Source: a virus. Taken from it: a DNA stretch of 64,000 bases. Every line of letters starts with the position of its first letter. Within the stretch, counting starts at the first letter, position 1. The stretch covers positions 1 to 64,000 of the IMG/VR virus record IMGVR_UViG_3300046786_000121; one strand, given 5' to 3'. The position numbers and the translations under genes are program-made. The notes under the pieces were generated by a model, which was not told where the DNA came from, did not search any database, and saw only the letters and a program-made list of their open reading frames with translations. Shown here piece after piece: positions 54,978-64,000 of this stretch.

Positions 54978-54987
54978 AGCTAAACTA

Positions 54988-55018
54988 AAGAGTGTGCAGG
55001 GTAAGCCTGCACTCTCTT
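54988..55018 (+). other. Intergenic hairpin without U-tract (stabilising or processing)
   Basis: AAGAG-T-GTGCAGG-GTAAG-CCTGCAC-T-CTCTT. Confidence 0.5.
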
Positions 55019-55039
55019 ACCACCTAGGAGAATAAGAAT

Positions 55040-55252
55040 ATGGCAACAAACAAAACAGTATCTAAACTTGGCGACAAGTTAACAAAAGTAAACGAATCGT
55101 TTACTGTTAATATGTACGACAACGGCTTTATGGTAGAAGCTGGTGGTCGTAACAAAAAAGGTGATTACGTTAGTGCTAAAATTATGTGTACAACTGTAGA
55201 CGATGTTTTATCACTAGTACGTGAAGCATGCGAAATGGATAGGGACGTTTAA
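55040..55252 (+). CDS. Hypothetical protein
   Basis: 70 aa with SD AGGAG. Confidence 0.65.
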   Translation: MATNKTVSKLGDKLTKVNESFTVNMYDNGFMVEAGGRNKKGDYVSAKIMCTTVDDVLSLVREACEMDRDV

Positions 55253-55253
55253 T

Positions 55254-56333
55254 ATGGCAAAGGCATTTGATATTTCAAAATTTAGAAAATCGATTACTAA
55301 GTCTATTGAAGGTTTAAGTATCGGTTTCAATGACCCAACTGATTGGGTTTCAACAAACAACTACGCATTAAATTATCTTATCAGTGGTGACTTTAAGAAA
55401 GGTATTCCGCTAGGTAAGGTAACAGTATTTGCTGGTGAATCAGGCGCAGGCAAATCATTTATCTGTTCAGGCAATCTAGTTGCTAACGCACAGAAGCAAG
55501 GTATCTATCCTATCTTGATTGACACAGAAAACGCACTTGATGAAGATTGGTTAAAAGCATTAGATGTTGATACTAGTCCAGATAAGTTGTTAAAACTTAA
55601 CATGGCTATGATTGACGATGTTGCAAAAACTATCAATGAATTCATTGCAGAATATAAACAAATGCCAGAAGAAGATCGTCCTAAGGTTTTGTTTGTAATT
55701 GATTCGTTAGGTATGTTATTAACTCCAACAGATGTTAATCAATTCCAAGCAGGCGATTTAAAAGGTGACATGGGCCGTAAACCTAAGGCACTAACAGCAC
55801 TTGTTCGTAATTGTGTTAACATGTTTGGAAGTTACAATATCGGTATGGTTTGTACAAATCATACATATGCTAGTCAGGATATGTTTGACCCAGATGATAA
55901 GATTAGCGGTGGACAAGGTTTCATCTATGCCAGCTCAATCGTTGTTGCTATGCGTAAATTGAAGTTGAAAGAAGACGAGGACGGTAATAAAGTTTCAGAA
56001 GTAAACGGTATTAGAGCCGCTTGTAAGATTATGAAGACACGTTATGCAAAGCCGTTTGAAAGTGTACAAGTTAAGATTCCTTACGAAACAGGTATGAATC
56101 CATATAGTGGACTGGTCGACTTGTTTGAAGCTAAAGGGATGCTCAAGAAAGAAGGCAATAGTCTTGTTTACACTACCGCAGATGGCGAAGTTATCAAACA
56201 ATTCCGCAAGGCTTGGGAAAAGAATGAGAAGAACGGCCTTGACATTGCAATGGATGATATTTCAAAACACGGCGAAAAAACCGAATCAGTGATAACTAAT
56301 AATGTTGAACCTGAAACGGAGATTACCGAATGA
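55254..56333 (+). CDS. uvsX: RecA-like recombinase
   Basis: AGESGAGKS Walker A, IDTENA, VIDSLG, NHTY, SGGQG..YASS; start MAKAFD at 55254. Confidence 0.92.
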   Translation: MAKAFDISKFRKSITKSIEGLSIGFNDPTDWVSTNNYALNYLISGDFKKGIPLGKVTVFAGESGAGKSFICSGNLVANAQKQGIYPILIDTENALDEDWLKALDVDTSPDKLLKLNMAMIDDVAKTINEFIAEYKQMPEEDRPKVLFVIDSLGMLLTPTDVNQFQAGDLKGDMGRKPKALTALVRNCVNMFGSYNIGMVCTNHTYASQDMFDPDDKISGGQGFIYASSIVVAMRKLKLKEDEDGNKVSEVNGIRAACKIMKTRYAKPFESVQVKIPYETGMNPYSGLVDLFEAKGMLKKEGNSLVYTTADGEVIKQFRKAWEKNEKNGLDIAMDDISKHGEKTESVITNNVEPETEITE

Positions 56334-56563
56334 AAGAAGATTTAATTGCAGATATCTGGACACTTGTTATTGAACACATTCCAGAAAAACACAGAAAGGA
56401 TCTGGCAGCAGACTTTGTTAATACACTATTAGATTATGGTATTAAAGAAAGTGTTCTCCAGGGTCTGCAAGGTGTTGATGGCTATCTCGACGATGCAATT
56501 TCATATGCAATCGATGGAGAAGAAATCGAAGACGAAGATGATTATTACGAAGATGAGGAATAA
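56330..56563 (+). CDS. Small acidic hypothetical protein
   Basis: 77 aa, ATGA-coupled to uvsX. Confidence 0.6.
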   Translation: MKEDLIADIWTLVIEHIPEKHRKDLAADFVNTLLDYGIKESVLQGLQGVDGYLDDAISYAIDGEEIEDEDDYYEDEE

Positions 56564-57019
56564 ATGAATTGGTACGATCGGGTTTCTAAGGATATTTCAA
56601 ACATTCCTGATGCTGTGGCTTATTATGAAGCCGAATTACTGGCAGCAAAAGCAGATACTCGCATAGCGGGAAATTTAGAAAGGGCTGCTGCCAATATGCC
56701 CGGTATTGTTGAAAACCGATTTAATCAACTTCAAGAAATCGAAGGTATCTTAGAATATCTAAACATCGAACTAAGACGCCTTCGTAGTCAACATTTTCGT
56801 AAGTATCTTGAAAACTACCAACGTTCTTTAAGTTCTAGAGACTGTGAAAAGTTTGTAGAAGGTGAAGCAGACGTTGTAGATTTTGAGAAAATCATTAATG
56901 ATTTTGCCTTGCTACGTAACAAGTGGCTTGGCATTATCAAAGCATTAGACATTAAACAATGGCAGGTATCAAACATTGTTAAACTTAGAACTGCCGGATT
57001 AGAAGACGCAACATTATGA
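56564..57019 (+). CDS. uvsY: Recombination mediator
   Basis: 151 aa, helical; EKFVEGE.D..., IIKALD.K.WQ..NIVKL..AG; close to uvsX. Confidence 0.7.
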   Translation: MNWYDRVSKDISNIPDAVAYYEAELLAAKADTRIAGNLERAAANMPGIVENRFNQLQEIEGILEYLNIELRRLRSQHFRKYLENYQRSLSSRDCEKFVEGEADVVDFEKIINDFALLRNKWLGIIKALDIKQWQVSNIVKLRTAGLEDATL

Positions 57020-57975
57020 AGATTTTAGTTACAGGCGGGTTAGGGCTAATTGGCCATCACGTTGTTAAAAAGTTAGAAGACTTAAATCACGAAGTTGTCA
57101 TTGTAGATAGTAAAACCGATTATGGAATTATTCCAGAGCTTGAGTTAAACTATCTAATGGAAGAACGTCTTAAATCTATTAAGACATCTAAGATTTATAC
57201 TATGGACATTTCCGGAGAGGTAATGGACTGGTTATTCGATCAAGTAAAACCTCAAGCGGTAATACATCTAGCAAGTTTTCCAAGACAAAAAGTAGTTAAT
57301 GCTAATCCTGCATTAGGTGCTAGAACTATGAGTGAAGGACTTTTAAATCTCTTAGAGATGTCAAAGAAATATAAAGTTTCTAGATTCTTCTATGCCAGCA
57401 GCAGTATGGTCTATGGAGATTTTACAGACTTTGTAACAGAAGATGCGGTTTGCCGTCCACAAGGACAATACGGTATTATGAAACTAGCAGGAGAGTGGTT
57501 AGTTAAAGATTACCAAAAGCACGGCATCGATTACACTATTTTTAGACCTAGTGCAGTCTACGGTCCATTAGATGTAGAAGATAGAGTTATTAGTAAATTT
57601 CTATTAACCGCAATGCGTGGTGGAGTTCTAAAAGTAAATGGAGTTAACGAAACTCTAGACTTTACCTATGTAGATGATGCTGCTACAGGAATCGTAGATG
57701 CTGTTTTAAGTGAAAACACAAGAAACAAGACATACAATATTACTAAAAGTCATAGTAAAACATTACTTGCCGCAGCAGAATTAGCTGTTAAATTAGCAGG
57801 TAAAGGTACCATTGAAGTCAGAGAAAAGGATGCAGACTTTCCAAGTCGTGGCGCACTAAATGTAGATGCTGCACGTAAAGATTTTGGCTTTGATCCTAAA
57901 GTAGATATCGAAGAAGGCTTTGAAATCTATTATGAGTGGTTAAAAAATTCTGAATACTGGCAAAAGAATCTTTAA
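57016..57975 (+). CDS. NAD-dependent nucleotide-sugar epimerase/dehydratase (extended SDR)
   Basis: ILVTGGLGLIG, SSSMVYG, YGIMK catalytic YxxxK, DFTYVDD. Confidence 0.92.
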   Translation: MKILVTGGLGLIGHHVVKKLEDLNHEVVIVDSKTDYGIIPELELNYLMEERLKSIKTSKIYTMDISGEVMDWLFDQVKPQAVIHLASFPRQKVVNANPALGARTMSEGLLNLLEMSKKYKVSRFFYASSSMVYGDFTDFVTEDAVCRPQGQYGIMKLAGEWLVKDYQKHGIDYTIFRPSAVYGPLDVEDRVISKFLLTAMRGGVLKVNGVNETLDFTYVDDAATGIVDAVLSENTRNKTYNITKSHSKTLLAAAELAVKLAGKGTIEVREKDADFPSRGALNVDAARKDFGFDPKVDIEEGFEIYYEWLKNSEYWQKNL

Positions 57976-58820
57976 GGAGTTAGTCCTTGACTCCATAGTC
58001 CTGGATATTGTTTTGCAATGTCGTAGAGTTTAAGATCAAATCCTGATCTTTCTTCTACTTTAATAGCTCTCATCTTTTTCTTCTTGGCAACAGAATTCCA
58101 ATTTCCATTAAATACCGATTGTGAAATTTCTTCAGAAGTTTTTTGGATCTTCTTCTCCCATCCCGGACCTTCTCTTTTAGCAGAAATTTGTTCACCCTTC
58201 ATTTGCTGACTGCCCATCATAGTAAGATGCCATCCACCTTCGAGAACTCCATCACCGTAGTGTCTTGCAGTTTTATTTTTAGAACAATATAGCTCTGTAG
58301 TAGGAGTTGGCATAATATCAACTCGTGTTGTTTTAGTTCCTGGCCATTTTCCGAGAGTCATTTGCCAATCGAAGAAGCATGTTCTAACATCTTGTGCCCA
58401 AAACATTTTTCCATATTTGTCAACTAATTTTTTTGATTCGTTGATTAATCTAGGATCCCAAATTTCGTCTAGGTCACTCATCATCATCCAATCATCTGAC
58501 GAAACACTTCTAATTAAATCGGATAATGTGTCTCTCATTGATACTTCAACAATTCTACTATTAGATTTAAAGTCTGGATTATCGGTATTTCCAGAATAGT
58601 CTAGTTTTGATTTATCTATTTCTAAATATTGATAGACTATCTTGTTCTTTATGTCTTCTGGCAGCGTACTATAAATTTTATCAAATTGTGCCGGATGATG
58701 TTGCAGACTAAATGTAGTATCTGTTTCAACTATTACAAACTTATCTACATGTGGATTAAGATATTCTAATCTCACTCTAAGTAAATCAGTTTCGTTAAAG
58801 TATAAAAAGCTATCGATCAT
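57972..58820 (-). CDS. Glycosyltransferase, family 17-like
   Basis: DSFLYFNE.DLL..RL..L...VDKFVIVE, SDLDEI, GGWHL. Confidence 0.8.
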   Translation of the reverse strand: MIDSFLYFNETDLLRVRLEYLNPHVDKFVIVETDTTFSLQHHPAQFDKIYSTLPEDIKNKIVYQYLEIDKSKLDYSGNTDNPDFKSNSRIVEVSMRDTLSDLIRSVSSDDWMMMSDLDEIWDPRLINESKKLVDKYGKMFWAQDVRTCFFDWQMTLGKWPGTKTTRVDIMPTPTTELYCSKNKTARHYGDGVLEGGWHLTMMGSQQMKGEQISAKREGPGWEKKIQKTSEEISQSVFNGNWNSVAKKKKMRAIKVEERSGFDLKLYDIAKQYPGLWSQGLTP

Positions 58821-58837
58821 AAGTATCCTATTTTAAA

Positions 58838-58866
58838 TATTTAGCAATTATATGCGCAGATAAATA
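58838..58866. promoter_or_regulatory. Divergent late promoters (minus 58838-44; plus 58861-66)
   Basis: TATTTAG and ATAAATA between the GT17-like and FkbM genes. Confidence 0.55.
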
Positions 58867-58891
58867 TATCACAATAAAACGGTAACTTACA

Positions 58892-59512
58892 ATGAAACAA
58901 CCTAGAATTAGTTATACTTTTTTCAATGATGTATGGAAAAGTAACAAACCTGGTTTCTATGTCGAAATTGGTGCATGGGATGGTAGAAAGAAGAACAGCA
59001 CCATTGTGTTAGAAAAGGCAGGATGGGATGGCGTTGCTATTGAAGCAAGTCCTCCGAGTTTTGAATTATTAAAAAACAATAGACGATGTAGATGTCTAAA
59101 TGTTGCAGTTTATGATCACGATGGAGAAGTCGAGTTTGCAATGTTTCCAGATCGCCCAGAGTGGAATGGTATCATTGAAACATATGGAGATTCACATAAG
59201 GAATTACTAAACAGTGCTAATCCTTCTATAGGTTCTAGATCATCGGCTCCTGCAAGCATAATTAAAATTCCTTGTAAAAAATGGTCAAGTTTAGAATTAC
59301 CGAGTCACATTGATTATCTACAGGTTGATGTTGAAGGCGCAGAATTATCTATATTAAATTGTATCGATTGGGATACTACCACTATATCCTACATATGTTT
59401 AGAAGATAACAATTACGAAAAGGGAGATATGACCTATACTAGGTATATGGAGTCCTTAGGTTATGAATCTATTGCAAGACAAAATGTAGATTTTCTTTGG
59501 AAGAAAAAATGA
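58892..59512 (+). CDS. FkbM-family methyltransferase
   Basis: FYVEIGAWDG, GW.G.AIEAS, IDYLQVDVEGAEL.IL. Confidence 0.88.
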   Translation: MKQPRISYTFFNDVWKSNKPGFYVEIGAWDGRKKNSTIVLEKAGWDGVAIEASPPSFELLKNNRRCRCLNVAVYDHDGEVEFAMFPDRPEWNGIIETYGDSHKELLNSANPSIGSRSSAPASIIKIPCKKWSSLELPSHIDYLQVDVEGAELSILNCIDWDTTTISYICLEDNNYEKGDMTYTRYMESLGYESIARQNVDFLWKKK

Positions 59513-60276
59513 AAAAGGTTGTTTTAGTTACAGGCGGATTTGACCCTATACATTCAGGGCACATTGCTTACATTAAAGAAGCGAAGAAATTAGGCGACAT
59601 ACTCGTTGTTGGTGCTAATTCGGATCAGTGGTTACGTGATAAGAAGGGCAGAGAATTTATGCCTTGGGAAGAACGTGCAACTGTGTTAAGTGCAATTTCT
59701 GAAGTTAGTAGAGTTATTAACTTTGATGATGCTGACGGTAGTGCCAAAGATGCTATTAGAAAAGTTAGACAACTTTATCCCTATGAGCAAATAGTTTTTG
59801 CTAACGGTGGGGATAGAACTAAAACTAATATACCAGAAATGGATTTGCTAGATTCGATGTTGCATTTAGAATTTGTGTTTGGTGTAGGAGGTGAACACAA
59901 AATGAATTCTAGTAGTTGGATTCTGCAAGAATGGAAAGCGCCTAAGACAGAACGCCCCTGGGGTTATTATCGTGTATTACACGAAGTATCTGGCATGAAA
60001 GTTAAAGAGCTTACTGTTAATCCTGGATGCAGCTTATCGATGCAACGTCATCAAAATCGTGCAGAATATTGGATTGTAAGTCATGGTGCCTGTGTTGTTA
60101 ATTCTATGATGGCAGGTGGATATGCACTGCCTCCTACGCTGTTAAAAGAACATTTAGAATATAAAGTTCCAGTTGGGGAATGGCATCAATTAACAAATCC
60201 GTACGATGTTCCTTGTAAGATTGTTGAAATACAATACGGTGAAAAGTGCGTCGAAGAGGACATTGAAAGAAAATGA
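59509..60276 (+). CDS. Cytidyltransferase-like (HxGH) domain fused to a mannose-6-P isomerase-type cupin
   Basis: TGGFDPIHSGH, ANGGDR, SSS; RPWGYYRVL, LS.QRH..RAEYW, EIQYG. Start MKKVVLV at 59509 overlaps the FkbM stop (ATGA). Confidence 0.85.
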   Translation: MKKVVLVTGGFDPIHSGHIAYIKEAKKLGDILVVGANSDQWLRDKKGREFMPWEERATVLSAISEVSRVINFDDADGSAKDAIRKVRQLYPYEQIVFANGGDRTKTNIPEMDLLDSMLHLEFVFGVGGEHKMNSSSWILQEWKAPKTERPWGYYRVLHEVSGMKVKELTVNPGCSLSMQRHQNRAEYWIVSHGACVVNSMMAGGYALPPTLLKEHLEYKVPVGEWHQLTNPYDVPCKIVEIQYGEKCVEEDIERK

Positions 60277-61076
60277 ACAACTGGATATTTTTAAGTAAAG
60301 ATGGTCAGGACCAATATATTAATATGTTTGCCATTGGTTCGGGCGGTAGAGTTATTAATTCAGCTGATTTTAATTTTTATGATAGCGAAGATCCTATTGT
60401 AATGAGAGGAATCTTAAAACATAAATTAATGAAAAGATGTTGGCTTGAGGGCCGAGACTTTTATTTTATGGACACTGGTTATCTCGGAAATCAAAAAGGA
60501 CCGTTGAATCCTATGGGATGGAAATATTATCATAGGATTGTTAAAAATGATTTACAACACGATAAAATTGTTCCACGTCCAGACGACAGATTCAAAAAGC
60601 TAGCCATACCTATTCACAACTGGAAGAAGGGTGGTAAGAAAATATTAATAGCGAAACCAGACGAGAAACCTTGTATTTTCTATGATGTAGATCTAGAGCA
60701 ATGGGTACAGGAAACTGTCGAAACCTTGAAGAAGTATACTGACCGTCCTATTGAAGTTAGAGAACGTGTTAAAAGTAGAACTGATAGAGTTATACACAAT
60801 ACACTTAAAGAAGCACTAGATGATGACGTGCATGCCTTAGTTACATTTAATAGTAACGCTGCAACTGAAGCAATCATGTATGGTTATCCAGCATTTACTC
60901 TAGCACCAACACATGCTGCAAAACCTGTATCATTACAGGATCTAAGCAAAATAGAAACACCATACTACCCAGAACTAGATAAAGTCCATGCTTGGGCTAA
61001 TCACTTAGCGTATGGACAGTTTCACGTAAATGAATTAAAAGATGGCACTGCCTGGAGAATTTTAAATGAGCAATGA
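60273..61076 (+). CDS. Capsule-polysaccharide-synthesis-like GT-B protein
   Basis: L.KYTDRPI.VR, ALVTFNSNAATEAI..G.P, W...LAY.QF. Confidence 0.6.
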   Translation: MNNWIFLSKDGQDQYINMFAIGSGGRVINSADFNFYDSEDPIVMRGILKHKLMKRCWLEGRDFYFMDTGYLGNQKGPLNPMGWKYYHRIVKNDLQHDKIVPRPDDRFKKLAIPIHNWKKGGKKILIAKPDEKPCIFYDVDLEQWVQETVETLKKYTDRPIEVRERVKSRTDRVIHNTLKEALDDDVHALVTFNSNAATEAIMYGYPAFTLAPTHAAKPVSLQDLSKIETPYYPELDKVHAWANHLAYGQFHVNELKDGTAWRILNEQ

Positions 61077-62532
61077 TTTAATGTCAATATATGTTGGATA
61101 TGATCCAAGAGAAGATATTGCATATAAGGTCTGTGAGTATTCGATTTATAAACATACGCCTGGTGCAAGTGTTAAACCGTTAAAACAAGATCAATTAAGA
61201 AGAGAAGGGTACTATACACGCCCTGTTGATAACCTAGGAGCCACAGAATTTACATTTACAAGATTTTTAATTCCTGCATTACAAAATTATAAAGGATGGG
61301 CATTGTTTTGTGATTGCGACTTTGTATGGACAGAAGACATTGAAGAACTGTTTAAAAAAGCTGATGACAAATATGCAGTAATGGTAGTGAAGCACGATCA
61401 TAAACCAACTAATGCTGTTAAGATGGATGGAAAACCTCAGACGCAATATCCTAGAAAGAACTGGAGTTCGATGATCTTATGGAATTGCGGACATCCTAGC
61501 AATAAGAGACTAACACCAGAAGAAGTTAACTCTCGTCCAGGTTCTTTCTTACATAGATTTGAATGGTTAGCAGACAGCGAAATTGGTTCTGTAGAAACAA
61601 AATACAATTTCTTAGTAGGTTGGAACAACGAAAGCAAAGATGGTACTCCGGTAGCATACCACTGGACTGAAGGTGGTCCTTGGTTCCCTGCATATATGGA
61701 TTGTCCATATAAGAATGTATGGTATCAATACCTTATAGAATATGCAGATGAAGCAGGCAGAAATAACAACAGTGTACAGACTTCTATTACATGGGTTACC
61801 TGTCTTTCTAGAGAATATTATAACTATGCAGCAAACATTACAATGCCGTCGTGGACTAATTTACCAGGGGATGTTGTGTTTGTATGGGACGATAAGCCTG
61901 TTGATCTAGGATTTGGAACAATTTATAACTTCTGGAAAGAAGTTGTATCGCCGGAAGATCCTTGGCTCAAAGAAGGCATGGGTGGTTCCAAAGCAGATAG
62001 GTTCTGGAAGAAGAGTCGAACACAGGTTTGGGCTGCACGTAAGTTTAAAGGTCTAGTTGTCTGGATAGATGCTGATATTCATGTATCGCAACCATTGACT
62101 AGAACAAAGGCTATGGAATTATTACATCCTAATCCTCGTATCTGGGCTAGTTTAGATTGTGGACAAGAGTGGCCACTAGCAGGTGATTGTCCAATTGATA
62201 CCGGACTGGTTGCATTTAATACAAAGCACCAAGACTTTGATAGATTTATTAGAGATTACTCTACTACATGGTACAACGGAGACATCTTTAAACTACCACA
62301 GCCTTATGATCATCATGCAGCAAATAAAGTTCGTGAAAAATGGCCAATGAAATCATTTACACCTAACTATAAACAATGGTCTAATCAACCTACAGAATTT
62401 ATCAGCAGATTTGCCATGGAAAATAGTTACGTGAAAGATTATTTTATACATTATCTTGGTATTGATAAAAAAGAACAACTAACTAACACAGTTGGCAATA
62501 AGGCTGATAAAAAAGAGAAAAAATCTAAATGA
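61066..62532 (+). CDS. Two-domain GT-A glycosyltransferase fusion
   Basis: N-domain IYVGYD.RE, TEFTFTRF, FCDCDF, YPRKNWSS, HWTEGGPW; C-domain WIDAD. Confidence 0.8.
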   Translation: MSNDLMSIYVGYDPREDIAYKVCEYSIYKHTPGASVKPLKQDQLRREGYYTRPVDNLGATEFTFTRFLIPALQNYKGWALFCDCDFVWTEDIEELFKKADDKYAVMVVKHDHKPTNAVKMDGKPQTQYPRKNWSSMILWNCGHPSNKRLTPEEVNSRPGSFLHRFEWLADSEIGSVETKYNFLVGWNNESKDGTPVAYHWTEGGPWFPAYMDCPYKNVWYQYLIEYADEAGRNNNSVQTSITWVTCLSREYYNYAANITMPSWTNLPGDVVFVWDDKPVDLGFGTIYNFWKEVVSPEDPWLKEGMGGSKADRFWKKSRTQVWAARKFKGLVVWIDADIHVSQPLTRTKAMELLHPNPRIWASLDCGQEWPLAGDCPIDTGLVAFNTKHQDFDRFIRDYSTTWYNGDIFKLPQPYDHHAANKVREKWPMKSFTPNYKQWSNQPTEFISRFAMENSYVKDYFIHYLGIDKKEQLTNTVGNKADKKEKKSK

Positions 62533-63464
62533 AATTTGTGTCATATCTAGCTTGCCTTCCACCAAACAACAAGAATGTTGAAAAGGGGCAAATATTATCT
62601 AAGTTTGCACTTGGTGTTGGCTACATCGGTGACGAGTTAATCATTCATAATGATAGAACTCTTGTCGATGCTGATGTTGCAATGATGATAGGCTGGGTTC
62701 ATGAGGACTCTAAGACTACACAACATCTTATTTTTAGAAAACAGATTATTGATAGACAAAAAAGTCTAGGTAAACGAGTATTGCTTGCAGATAGTAACTT
62801 GTTTTTATATAAAGATAAAGCTAATCCTCAACATTATCTTCGTTACAGCTTTGACGGAGTCTTTCCTAACACTGGCGAGTACTGCGATAAGGATATTGAC
62901 CCAACTCGCTGGCAAAAACTGTCTGCTAATCTAAATGTTCCCATTAAAGACTACAGAGATAACGGAAATCATATTTTATTATGCCTGCAACGTAACGGCG
63001 GATGGAGTATGGGCGGGTATGATGTCATAGATTGGACCGCATCGACTATTAAAGAACTAAGAAAATATACTGATAGGGATATTATTATTAGAGCACATCC
63101 TGGAGACAGAAGTTCTAAAGAATATTTGCATCCTAGAAACCTAATGAAGAAAATTGGACTTCTAAAAGGTGTAAGATTGTCAAAACCAGATGCTGAATTG
63201 TCACAAGATTTAAAAAATTGTTGGGCGGTAGTAAACTACAATTCAAGCCCAACTGTGGGAGCTGCTATCGAAGGCTATCCTATTTTTGTAACTGATCCAG
63301 AACGTAGTCAATGTCGAGAAATTGCAAATTTAAATCTTGCAGATATCGAAAATCCTGTTTTATTCGACAGGCAATCATGGGCCGAACGCCTAGCAATGTT
63401 CCATTGGAACTTCGATGAAATAGAAAGTGGTGAGTGCTGGTCACACATGAGAAAATATGTATGA
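62529..63464 (+). CDS. Capsule-polysaccharide-synthesis-like GT-B protein (paralog of 60273)
   Basis: LRKYTDR.IIIR.HPG, AVVNYNSSP..GAAIEG.P. Confidence 0.6.
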   Translation: MKFVSYLACLPPNNKNVEKGQILSKFALGVGYIGDELIIHNDRTLVDADVAMMIGWVHEDSKTTQHLIFRKQIIDRQKSLGKRVLLADSNLFLYKDKANPQHYLRYSFDGVFPNTGEYCDKDIDPTRWQKLSANLNVPIKDYRDNGNHILLCLQRNGGWSMGGYDVIDWTASTIKELRKYTDRDIIIRAHPGDRSSKEYLHPRNLMKKIGLLKGVRLSKPDAELSQDLKNCWAVVNYNSSPTVGAAIEGYPIFVTDPERSQCREIANLNLADIENPVLFDRQSWAERLAMFHWNFDEIESGECWSHMRKYV

Positions 63465-64000
63465 AGTTAGAAGTAATTACAAGTTTTAATAACGCCTATT
63501 ATGATTTGATTGGTAAAGACTGTGTGGAAACATGGTTAAAGTACTGGCCATCAGATTTACAGTTAACATGCTATGTTGAAGAATTTGCACTGCCGGAACA
63601 TTCTCGACTAAAGCAAATATCATTTGATGAATTTAAACCAGAGTACTACGAATTTCAATCAACTGCTGACAAGCAAGTTAAAAAATTTGCCAAGAAGGCA
63701 TGGAGTTTCATTCATGCCATGGAAAATTCAAAAGCAGATTGGATTATCTGGGTAGATGCTGATGTATTGACTACAGCACACATTGAAACATCACTAATTC
63801 AGTCAGTATTGCCACAACATGTTCTAAGTACGCACATGGGTGTTACATATACCGAATCTAAAGACGGAACTCCAGGAAGATGGTTTGTGCCGGAGACGGG
63901 ATTTTTTGCAATCAATACACAACACGAGCAATTTCAAAATTTTAGAAGTGAATACAAACGTCACTATGTTGAAAGAGATACAAAACATCTCAGAAGATTC
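63461..64000 (+). CDS. GT-A glycosyltransferase, 3'-truncated by window edge
   Basis: ATG 63461 open to the window end: MKLEVITSFN...KKFAKK...IIWVDADV...ETGFFAIN. Confidence 0.7.
   Translation, partial: MKLEVITSFNNAYYDLIGKDCVETWLKYWPSDLQLTCYVEEFALPEHSRLKQISFDEFKPEYYEFQSTADKQVKKFAKKAWSFIHAMENSKADWIIWVDADVLTTAHIETSLIQSVLPQHVLSTHMGVTYTESKDGTPGRWFVPETGFFAINTQHEQFQNFRSEYKRHYVERDTKHLRRF

Noticed and set aside
49174-56333. Inteins or group I introns in gp17, gp32 or uvsX
   Set aside because: Lengths are normal, motifs are contiguous and there are no splicing signatures.
57972-57975. Shared TTAA stop codons of the convergent epimerase and GT17-like genes
   Set aside because: Real, but ordinary genome compaction.
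22907-59508. Longest-ORF starts at 22907, 35702, 38760, 50757, 53044, 53321, 55221 and 59497
   Set aside because: Downstream ATGs fit the SD or late-promoter spacing, paralog N-termini, signal peptides or stop-start coupling better.
1-64000. CRISPR array, tRNA or rRNA genes
   Set aside because: Intergenic gaps are short, and I saw no repeat-spacer periodicity or cloverleaf with a T-loop consensus.
1-64000. Alternative genetic code (stop-codon reassignment)
   Set aside because: Core genes and multi-kb ORFs are intact under the standard code, with dense coding.

Overview
This window is a 64-kb piece of an AT-rich, T4-like (myovirus-type) large-phage genome, read with the standard genetic code. 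Host unknown. 1-35 kb: late operons of virion/fibre proteins, including a PA14 protein, paired paralogous fibre subunits, three giant modular fibres (1819, 2750 and 2151 aa), small adaptors and three Cys-rich Gly-rich-domain adhesin-like paralogs. Embedded among them are a GT9-like glycosyltransferase and a NodU/CmcH carbamoyltransferase. 35-53 kb: a rearranged morphogenesis block (gp15 and gp14 inverted relative to gp13, dNMP kinase, HNH-like protein, enlarged gp18 sheath, gp19, gp54-like, gp4, gp16-like, internal-head-like proteins, gp17). 53-57 kb: small exported proteins, gp32, UvsX, UvsY. 57-64 kb: a glycan biosynthesis cluster. Best candidates for undescribed biology: (1) a fibre-tip cassette of three ~10% Cys adhesin-like paralogs plus chaperone, glycosyltransferase and carbamoyltransferase; (2) repeated helical domains in the giant fibres resembling phycobiliproteins, including the bilin-attachment C-x-R-D motif; (3) a pseudoknot-capable structured leader RNA at 4355-4445; (4) recurrent, apparently leaderless late transcripts; (5) a +1 overlapping ORF at 53.6-53.8 kb with no good start of its own. 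All calls come from reading motifs by eye; no searches were run.
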